Positions 50,770 to 61,377 of a stretch of DNA of 64,000 bases are shown one piece after another. Each line of letters begins with the position of its first letter. Within the stretch, counting starts at the first letter, position 1. The position numbers were made by a program, and so were the translations under genes. Source of the DNA: Adineta vaga (taxonomy: Eukaryota > Animalia > Rotifera); assembly GCA_021613535.1 (NCBI GenBank), contig CP075492.1:9114001-9178000 (forward strand), in the 5' to 3' direction. The notes below the pieces were generated by a model, which worked only from the letters and a program-made list of their open reading frames with translations, did no database searches and was not told the DNA's origin.

Positions 50770-53700
50770 ATGCTCTATTTGTGTTTCATTACCATACTTT
50801 CTTCGACTAAAGCGTTTCATTTGTCTTCGCCATTCGATATTCGTATTGATTCCTACAAAGTTGATACAACTCGAGACTTGATCATTCATACATCTCAACC
50901 AAAATTGTCATGGAAAGTCCCTGTTTCATTGAAAAGAAATGTAAAACAAGTAGCTTATCAAATGCAAGTAAGATGGCATGAGAATCAATGGAATAGTGAG
51001 AAAATTTTTTCCAATCGATCGATTCATGTATCAGTAATGAATGGCACTAATCTTCAATCAGCAACATATTATTATCTTCGTCTTCGTCTTTGGACAACAT
51101 TATCGAATCAATCAACTTTATGGACAAATTGGATTCATTTTCGAACATCAATCTTTAATCTACATGAATATATAATCGAAAGAAATCATATTACTCATTG
51201 GATTGGTTCGACAGAAATTTATATGAATGAATTAAGAAAAGAATTCAATATAACAAATGAAAGTTCAATTCGAACAGCTATTGCTTTAGTATCAGGTCTT
51301 GGATATTATGAATTGTACATCAATGGAGATAAAATAGATTCTAGTCGAAAATTAGATCCAGGTTGGACGACATATGAAAAACGTACTCTTTTTAATTCAT
51401 TTGATTTAACATCAAATATCAAGGTTAGAAGAAGAAGAAGTTTCTCTTTCTGATATGAATTCATACCAATTGAACTTTAGATTGGTATGAATGCTATTGG
51501 TATTAAACTTGGCAATGGTTGGTATAGTGAAGAACAGTATTTATTATCATCACATAGTGAAGCGATTTATGGTTAAGTTAACTGATTGTTGTGATGTGTT
51601 TTAAGAAAGTCTTTGAAATAGTCGCATACTTACACTAGTTTATGTTTTTATTAGGTCCTCCTCGACTATTGTTCATTTTAAATATTGTACTTGAAAATAC
51701 TCAAGAAATACAAATCTGCAGTGATCAAACATGGAGTGGCCGGCAAGGATCAATCTTACATGATAGTATTTATAATGGTGAAATAATTGATGCTCGATAC
51801 GAACGTTCACATTGGTCTGAAGTAGATTTTCATGATCGACTATCCCTCTGGCTAACACCAGAAATAATGCCATCACCCATTGATATGAATTTGAATGGAC
51901 AATATACTTTTCAAGATATGCCACCTATTCGTGTTGGAAATGATGCTTTACATTCTGAAATCAATATTTCATCGGAATATATGAATGAAATCATAGGCGC
52001 ATCTCTATACGATGGTGGAATTTTAAAACCAATCAGTGTATCCACACCAGTTTCCGGTATTCATATATTTGATCTGGGACAAAATATGGTTGGTTGGTGT
52101 CGTATTCATTTTCATGGATCACGTGGTATCGCTGTTCAGATTCGTCACGCAGAAATTTTAACTCCACCAGTAATATCGACGAGGTAAACGATTGAAAGAA
52201 ACAATCAGACGAAAACGAAAAAACTTTCGATTCTAGAAAATCATCTGAACTACCCTATGTAGAAAATCTTCGTAGTGCAACACAAGCTGATATATATATA
52301 CTACAAGGTGATGCCAATGGTGAACTGTATGAACCACGGTGAGTACTTTATAATTGTGTTCTCGGTAAATCTCAAGGTTTCTTTAGATTTACTGTGCATG
52401 GTTTTCGTTATATATCCGTTTTTGGTTCACCAAATTCTTTATCATTGAATGATGTCGAATGTCCTGTTGTTCATAGTGAAACAACGGTAAAAGGATATTT
52501 TACAACTAGCAATGAAGTTATTAATCAAATACAGCATAATATTCAATGGAGTCAGTTAAATAATTTAATGTCAATACCAACAGATTGGTAATAAAAATAA
52601 ATCACATTTTCATTTAATCATTTTCTTACATTTTTCTTTCTAGTCCACAACGTGATGAACGAAAAGGATGGTTAGGTGATGCTTCCTTATCAATCAATGA
52701 AGCTTTATATAATTTTGATCTAAACAAATTCTATATTAATTTTCTCAATTTGATCATTGATATTCAACGTAAAGATGGTTCTATACCAGATACAGTTCCA
52801 TTTACATCTGGAAGTTATCCAGCAGATCCAAATTGGGGCACTGCTCTACCAACAATTGTATGGCAGTTGTATCGGCACTATCAAGATCGTGCTATTCTTC
52901 AAACCTATCACAAACATATTCGTGCATATATTGAATCTGTTCATTCTGATTATAATAAAACAGGTTTGATTAAACTTAATTATCATTATGGTGATTGGGT
53001 TTCACCACCTCCACATCCCATGACCAATGTACATTTGATATCTTCATTTGCCTTTTTACATGATGTCTATATCTTGATAAATATTTCTCAAATTCTTGCC
53101 ATAGACGAAGATATAAAAGTCTATTCTGAATTATATCAACAATTAACTGATGAATTTCATCGTGTGTTTTATACATCATCAGCTGGATATTATGCTGATG
53201 GTATGCAAGCAGCACAAATTCTTGCACTAGCTCTACCAAATGTTGTACCAAATGAAATAAGACAATATGTTGTTGAATATCTCGTAAAAAATATTCATGA
53301 TCAAGGTGATCATATCACTACTGGAATTATTTCAACCGCACAATTATTTACTGTTTTATCTGATAATGGTTATCATGATTTAAGTGTTGAATTAATTTCT
53401 TCAATAACCTATCCATCGTATGGTTATATGTTTAATAATCCATATGAAAATGCTACAACTTTATGGGAATTATGGGACGCACCATTTGAGGGTGCAGAGA
53501 TGAATTCACGAAATCATATTATGTTTGGAAGTATTGGTAGTTGGTTTTATACACATTTGGCTGGTATAGAATATCAATCAGATATGATAATTATTCGCCC
53601 GCGAATGGTTTCTGAAAGAAAGAAATATCTTCTAGATAGAATTCATTGTCAAATAAGTACATTATATGGATTAGTTGATGTTTCCTATACACGTAATGAA

Positions 53701-53952
53701 AAGGACACATTTTCTAATTCAATCCTACTTCAAATTACAATTCCATCGAATATGAAAGCAAAAATAATATTTGAACCATTATTTCCACATGCTCAATGTG
53801 TATTATTAACTGAAGGTGATAAAATAATCTGGTCAGATGTTCAAGGTAATATCAATGATAAAGATTATGATGTTCTCTATAATTCTGATACAAAACTCAT
53901 GGTTGTGCAAATTAATTCTGGTCATTATGAATATCAAGCTTTTTGGAGTTGA
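50770..53952 (+). CDS. Secreted GH78 alpha-L-rhamnosidase, about 5 introns; candidate horizontally acquired gene
   Basis: Signal-peptide-like N-terminus, SGLGYYELYING, LGNGWY, FDLGQNMVGW, PRFTVHGFRY, SIPTDCPQRDERKGWLGDA (split by an intron), YGDW, ATTLWELW, NSRNHIMFGS. Confidence 0.93.
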
Positions 53953-54262
53953 ATATAAAAGTTTTCTGTGATATCTCTTTTTATAAATGAAATTTGAAAA
54001 TATTGTATCTCAAATGTACTAATAATTATATAAACAATTGTTATATATACATGTATATATTGTTAATATCGAAGAAACTAAAGTTATAAGTTAGAAATAG
54101 CAATAAAGCGAACGAATGAAAGTTAATATATGAGTATTAGTACGAAGAGAAAGTATAGCAAAAGAAAATAATCAAACTACATAACAATCACAATAATACA
54201 ACAGTAAAAATAAGACAAAAAGATCATTATATAAAGCAAGTCAAATGTTAACTATAATCGAA

Positions 54263-55986
54263 TTATCCAGCAACGGCTGCAAAAAGAAAAATTTGATACA
54301 GATACGCAGCTCCAGTAGTCACATTGGTGAAAGTAGCGGCACTTAAAGAAGTGAAATTTGTAGGAGTAAGAGTGGCAAGAGCTTGATTTTGTACACCAGC
54401 TAAACTACCACCACCTGTACTTTGTCCTACTCCCACATATTGACCAGTAACGACAGGAAGTTGATTGCGAGGAAGCGTAAATGTCTGAACGCCTGTAGTT
54501 GCAGTAATAGATGTTGATGGTATTTGATAGATCGCATTCGGAGTAAATGTTAATGTTGTACCTGTTCGATTCATTACATAGACATAAATTAAACCTGATG
54601 ATGCAGTTGGTGCAGAAAAGAATGACATCGACACTTGACCAACATAACCAGTAGTCAGTGTTCCGTCTACTCCTTGGACAACGTTGTTCGTATTGATTAC
54701 TATGAGGCCATTTGTTGCTTGATCAGCACCATTATTGATAGTACTTCCATAATTCACTTTAAACAGTAGAAATAGAATGTTTTGTTTTTATATTTTATTT
54801 GAGAACAGATTATTTTGTCATAAATTATAAAAATTTCTGACTTGTTCAAAAAAGAATACGAATTATATTCATTGATATCACAAACATCTATTCTACTTTG
54901 TTATCTTGTAGTATGCAACTTAACTGATTATTTATCGAAAATAACACACTGAACATATACGTCTTTGATGGTATTTTGAAGGATTATATACTTACCGACT
55001 TGTGAGAATACGTTTCGGCGAGTAAAATATATGGTTCCTGGGCCAGTTGCAGTAATATTGAATGATCCTGTTGACGTTCGATTTGCAGTTGTCACAACCA
55101 AGACATAATCAGTAAGCGATTGAAGAGTGCTTGTCAAATTAAATTGTGATGCTCCTGATGAATTGTCTGATCTTGCAATTAAATTTGTTTGTGGATTACT
55201 AGGAACAAATGTGTTGTTATACAAATATCCATAAAATTGTAAACCAGAATCACCAGTACTTGTAAAAGTATAACTACCATTACTAGTAGGATACACGTTA
55301 ATTGCTTCATAAGTATAGTTGGTTGTTGATTGATTCACACCACCATATACTGCACTACTGCTCGTTAACGTACCTTGATATGATGATGAAGTCGATGCTG
55401 TTGTTGCTAGACAATAAAACGAAAACAGATGGATAGTTTATTGCACGTAGCAATGATCACTCAAAAACTAATAACACGAATTATGTCTCCTATTGTTTAT
55501 AGAAAAACATTTCATTTAACAGTTTGTTAATATCTTACTCACTTGTTAGAGTTGTAGTTGTAGAAACCGTAGTGCTATCTGTTGTACTAGCTACAATGAA
55601 AATCAGAATAAGTTGAGAAGATTCAGTTTGATAACAAGGCGAAAGGAATTGGTCGAAACATCATCGATTTTGAAGATAAAATACATGAAATGTCACAAAT
55701 CATAGTGCATATGTCGAAATAATCAGAGAATTGATTGTTGGATAAATTATAATGTTTCTACCATGAGTAAAAATCCATGATTTTCGATCATTCCCTTTCG
55801 TTCATCATCGATCAACGTTAATCATTAAAATAAGTAAAAGTACTTACTAGTTGACGTTGTCGTAACTAGAGTAAGATTTCCACTATCACCATGAAGTCCA
55901 ATGCCTAGTCCTAGGCCAAGACCTGTACCAATGAAAACAAGAGCTAAAAATCCGCCCACAGCTGCCATCAATCCTGTAGACTCCAT
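54263..55986 (-). CDS. Membrane-anchored Thr/Ser-rich extracellular protein with a PPC-like beta-sandwich and a second beta-rich domain (4 exons)
   Basis: Exon 1 hydrophobic anchor AAVGGFLALVFIGTGLGLGLGIGL; Thr-rich stalk exons; YEAINV...GSYTFTS...YGYLYNNTF-P-NP--NL...DNSSGASQF...YVLVVTT...GSFNI...GP; last exon 54757-54263. The start could lie further upstream. Confidence 0.72.
55627..55816. mobile_element. Decayed inverted-repeat (MITE-like) element in an intron
   Basis: cgaaaggaattggtcgaaacatcatcgatttt (55640-55671) pairs with aaaatccatgattttcgatcattccctttcg (55770-55800), about 27 of 32 positions. Confidence 0.5.
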
Positions 55987-57038
55987 AGGATCGAATGAAT
56001 TAGTTTTCTCTGTTTCGTAAATTGTGAAGTAATAAATCTAAAAGAAAAAAAGAATAAATCGATCTAAACCTTGATTCGTTTTCAAATCAGAATCTATGCT
56101 TTTAACTCTAAACATAACAACTAACACTGATTAAGCGATATAGAAAAAGCATTCATGCATCGTTCACTTAATTGAAATGAAAAAAAAAACAGACGATATG
56201 GAGTAACCTTGATATTAAAATAAAGATATGTCGACGAGTTATTAGAATATTTATCGTACATTTTTCATTAGCCAAACATAACCTTGATTTTAATTCATAG
56301 CTTCAATTGAAGTTCGACGAAGTATTTGTACATCATCAAATTAGAATAAAAAGAAAGACGTCGATCTTTCGAGATGACATACATACAGGTATCCATATAC
56401 CAGAAATAAAATGATAGTGTGCCTAATAAATATAAACATTATGGCATATTTTATTTTCGTTTCGAATATGAATATCGAAAATAATTAGCGTTTTTCGTTA
56501 TGGTTCTTTTGCATGTTCTGTTTTCTGTCTATCTATTTGTTTTTTTTTACTTGACAAGAGAAAAAAACAAATTGGTAATTATTTAGCTTTCTTAATGAAG
56601 TTGCAACCTTGCTTACAATCATGTTCTATGTGAAATGTAATCATATTCTTTAGCAGAGAAGATCATTTTAATCGTATGTTTAAATAGACTATCAAGCTTG
56701 ACAATAGAAATAAATACTCTCTGTAAGAAATACATTCTAAATTCATTTTTAGTTTTAGTTTTTTTTTGGAAAATGACGTAATGATTATATAACATGATCA
56801 ACAACAAACTATTAACGAGCGTAACGACTTTTCATTGATATTACATACTTGAATCATCTTCATATTCTTCAGTTCTATGATTGACTATTAATATACATGA
56901 TATACTCAAAGAAAATTGAATACGATACAATGAAGAATGACTAATATTCTAGATCGATTACTATCTTTCACCTATACAAGCAATATGTTTGAAAGTTTTA
57001 TTTCATATAACTTTCAAGTATATTTTCTTTTTATTTAT

Positions 57039-57515
57039 TTACGATTGCACAACAACTGTAATATTATTTTGTTTTTTACAAAGAAATATTTTCAAAAATA
57101 TCCAACCCACTAATAAATACAATGGTATTAAACAATGAAGAAAAACATTCAGTGAGAAAATATGTCGTTCAAGAAATGTTTTATATAGTAAATAGTTGAA
57201 GATCATCAAACAAACAATTAATGGTGTATGAATAAATAGTTTATGTATAATCATTCGACATGTATAAGTTGCTGTTAAACCAGTTCGTTGTTTTAATTCA
57301 AACAAGATACGTAAGAAAACGATGAGAACAAAATAGAAATGTATAGCATTGGTTATAAATAATGGAAGAAAAAGATGAAAATATGAGATTGATGAAAATT
57401 GTAGATCATAACGTAAAACAAGTAATATTGAAAAGATTAACCATCCAGATAGAATGAATAATAATTCAATTGGACGAATACTAAACCATGAATAAAGTTC
57501 AGTAAACGAAAGCAT
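57039..57515 (-). CDS. TMEM203: Transmembrane protein 203-like (TMEM60/185/203 family)
   Basis: Intronless hydrophobic ORF; MLSFTELYSWF...ELLF...LIFSILLVLRYD...LFLPLF...YFVLIVFLR aligns with the TMEM203 N-terminus (MLFSLRELVQWL...VFSVLLALRVD...VFVPFF...YFTTIVSVR). Confidence 0.78.
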   Translation of the reverse strand: MLSFTELYSWFSIRPIELLFILSGWLIFSILLVLRYDLQFSSISYFHLFLPLFITNAIHFYFVLIVFLRILFELKQRTGLTATYTCRMIIHKLFIHTPLIVCLMIFNYLLYKTFLERHIFSLNVFLHCLIPLYLLVGWIFLKIFLCKKQNNITVVVQS

Positions 57516-57661
57516 GTTTGATTGAATGAATGTATAAATGTATGAAAAAGAATGAATGTCGCTCAATCGATGATTCATCGCTAAGAATGGGTAAACTATG
57601 GAATAAGATTGTCAAGTCAAAGCAAAGGAAAAAGAAAGTAAACATATTCATAAAAAGACAA
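57516..57661. promoter_or_regulatory. Putative compact bidirectional promoter between TMEM203 and STRIP1
   Basis: Divergent ATGs only 146 nt apart. Confidence 0.55.
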
Positions 57662-60600
57662 ATGGATACGGCGGGTGTTGTTCGACGAGTTATCAATAAA
57701 CCTCGAGATATTATACCAAGAAATCCAGCACTTAATCCAGACGTAAAGTTTTGTCTCTGTTTTCTATTCACTATGAGTTTCTTTGTTTGTCATTAGACAT
57801 TGTTGGATGTACCGGAATTTAATTTTACGTACAACGACGCTGATACAATACAAGCAGAGATCTCTGGTAAAGATCTTTTTCTTTCAGTGTATTTTTCAGA
57901 ATGATTCTATGTTTGATTATTGCAGAATTGTATACATATTCGGAAGAACCAGAATTTGTTTGGAATGCAGAAGCATTTAATGTTCTATTTCAAGCAAAAT
58001 GTAAGAAGATTGATTTAAATGTATTTTAAAGATTTTTTTTTGTTTGAATAGATGGTGACAATAAAAATTGGAAAGAATGTTCACGAGATGAAAAAATTGA
58101 TTTTATTATTTATCTATTGGAACAATGTGAACTAGTCGATCGAAATCGAAGATCACAAGCGATGAGAGCAATTCTATATCTTGTACAAGGTAAATTCATT
58201 TCATAGAGATTTTAATAACAAACAAATACATACTTTCGTATTAGGTGTATTTTATCAATGTTCGGATGTTGATGAATCTATGGCAAATGCAAAAGAGAAT
58301 GTTTTATTATTTTACACATGTGATGGCGTGCATATATTTATTGATCTATTTAATATGGAATTGAATTAGTAAGTTTAATTGATAGTTGAATCATCGATTC
58401 GAATATTTATTTCTTCATAGTTTATGTAATGAAAATAATTTGAAGACAACAAATAGAAATCTAAGTGATAATCAAGAGATGCGGTAAAGATAATTATTAC
58501 ATATATATTTTCATTTTAAATCGTACGTTTAATTAGAGTTATTATCAGTATACTCTATACTGTTATTGAATTCGCTCGACAAATTCATGATGAAAACGAT
58601 GAACAATGGACAAATTTTCAACGATTACTCAATTATGAATTATGTAAATTATAAAAAATTCTTGATATCTTTTCATTTAGACTTTGCTTTTTTGTTTTCT
58701 TTTATCAAATAGCTCATCCAAATGATAATGATGAATTATTTGCTAGTACATTATATCATGCTATTTGTGTCTTTTGTAATGCACCATCACCACCATTACC
58801 TATTCGAAAACTTCTTTTACTTCTTTGGAAAGTTCTTCTAGTATGTATAAATAATTGAAGATTTCGAATTTTCTCTATGTATTTTATTCAATAGTATACA
58901 CTTGGTGGTCTTGATGAAGCATTTGAACAAAAGAATAAAGCAAGACGTGAACATGATCTTGAACCTATAAGTGAAAATCCGACCAAAGTTATTGCACGAA
59001 TGCCACCGATTCTACCACCATTAGCAGGTGCTGAATGTTTAGAAATGCAAGGTCAAACTGAAGGTGGAAGTAGTGCTCGAAGAGCAAAACGACAAGTAAA
59101 TCTATATAGATATTTATTCTTATTTTTCATTATTTATTTATCAATAGAGTTTTACAAAACAATCAGCTTTAGATTCCGATGTGGCAAATGATGATGGATC
59201 AGGAAATGGAACGAGTAGTGGAACTAATTCATCAACGGATGACGATACAACAACTCTTGCTTCGTCCTCATCAGCATCTTCACTTACTTCATCAGAATCG
59301 ATGACATCATTGGCTAGCGATGCATCTAGTATCGATCCAGCAACGACTTTAATGATGAAAGAATTACCTTGGGTACCAAAAGTTAGGTAAGAAAGATATT
59401 CATCTGTACTTGTAGAAGAAAAACAATAAAATTCGCTTTTATTTTCAATAGACAGAAAGATTTAGAAGCATTTCTGGATCATACACGAAAGAAGTTCGTC
59501 GGATTTTCGATGAAAGATGATTTAACAACACTAATCGGTTTACCTAAACCTATTCATGAAAGCATTAAAATTCTTAAACAAGTAAGATATTTAGCTATCT
59601 CTATATTTTGATATAATTTCATTTTCTCTAGCATTTGTATATTCCGTTGTCTGAAATGCAGATCAAAAATGAAGATGAAATTGTCAAATATCCACTTTCA
59701 AAGGTAAGAAAAACACGACTATATGAGAATTTTCTTACATAATCATATCTATTTATCTAGAAAGAAACCATTGTCTTAGATACTCCTGCTGAACGATTAT
59801 ATCGAGCTACTCTTACACAAATCCCACAATTTCTTGTAAGTAAAATTAACGATTTTCCAATTTTCATCGACATTTTTTTGCATAGATTGCTCTATTGAAA
59901 TTACTTTTAACATCAACACCGACAGCAAAACCGAAAACAGAATCTATCAATATTCTTTGTGATGTCATACCAGAAGAAATGCCATGTTCAATGGTACAAA
60001 CAATGAAACTTGGTTTCGATATCAATCGACATAAAGTATGATATGATCAGTTTGATAATGACATAATACGTTCAAATTTCTTCTCAAGGAAATGATTGTT
60101 AAAGCTGTTTCAGCTATTTTATTACTTCTCTTAAAACATTTGAAAGTCAATCATATCTATCAAGTAAGACACATCATGAGATTTGTTTTCGTTCAAACTA
60201 ATTTATTCTCTTTAGTTCGAATATATTTGTCAAAATCTTGTCTTTTCAAATTGTATTACAGTTATCTTAAAATTTTTCAATCATAATATTCTTTCACACA
60301 TTCAAGCAAAAAATACGTATGAATACAAAAAGTTTTCTTTTCATTTCATCTCTGATTGTTTTCGTTGTAGAATACCACCTTTAGATTTTCCAACATGTGT
60401 TATTGGACCTCAACCAGAACTGACAGCTGATCTATTCGATGTACCAGAAACTGAAAACTACTGTTGGCGAAATATGTTTTCCTCCATAAATCTTCTTCGA
60501 ATTTTAAATAAACTCACAAAAGGAAAACATGCTCGAACAATGGTAAGTTGTTTTAGTCAAAGAAAGTTAATTTTTTAAAATCAACATCTACTATCTCTAG

Positions 60601-61173
60601 GTTCTTGTTGCGGTTAAATCTGCACCTATTCTTCGTAAAACATTACGTGTAAAACAAGCAATGATGCAATTATACGCATTGAAATTATTAAAATTACAAA
60701 CACGTTATCTCGGACGACAATGGAGAAAATCTAATATGATGGCGATTTCAGCTATCTATCAACGTGTTCGACATCGTCTCAATGATGATTGGGCATATGG
60801 AAATGAACAAGAAACACAAACATGGGATTTTCAAACAGAAGAACGTGCTTTACGAAATAAAATTGATATATTTAATCAACGACGTTATCATCGATTATCA
60901 TTATCAAATGCACATAATCACAATAATACTAATAACCCAGCCAATGCTAGTACACAAAATGCATCAACGAATGAATTTGATTTTGATAGTTTTACTCCTG
61001 TTAATAATGATTTATTAACTGCACTTTCATCCAATCAAAGTTTAGGTGATCAAGATCTACCTGAAGCATTTAAACGACATTATGAAGAATGGCTCAATGA
61101 TGAAGTATTTAATGCTGAACAGCAAACAGATTGGGATGCTTTATTACAATCAAAATCAATTATCATTTATTGA
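57662..61173 (+). CDS. STRIP1: Striatin-interacting protein (STRIP1/2, FAM40, Far11; STRIPAK subunit), many exons
   Basis: FTYNDADTIQAEISELYTYSEEPEF, PIRKLLLLLWKVLL, LPWVPKVRQKDLEAFLD, DINRHKEMIVKAVSAILLLLLKH, CWRNMFSSINLLRILNKLTK, LKLLKLQTRYLGRQWRKSNM, VRHRLNDDWAYGN. Confidence 0.96.
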
Positions 61174-61377
61174 ACAAATAACATTCGATTTTTCTTTCAA
61201 TATTTCCTTGTTTATTAGTATATAATGGAGAGAACAAAGGAATAATAAAACACAACATGAGAAAATAAATTTCTTATGTATTTAGAGTTTGAATGACAAT
61301 TCTAATAAAGATGAACTTGGTTCAAAAACAAGGCGTATTGTAGAAATGTAAAGTAGAAAGAAGAGAGTGGAATATAA

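Noticed and set aside
805-61173. Functional cluster of endomembrane genes (UGDH, ATP7, VPS41, ALG5, TEX2, TMEM203, STRIP1)
   Set aside because: These categories are common among housekeeping genes; no shared pathway or motif supports a dedicated cluster.
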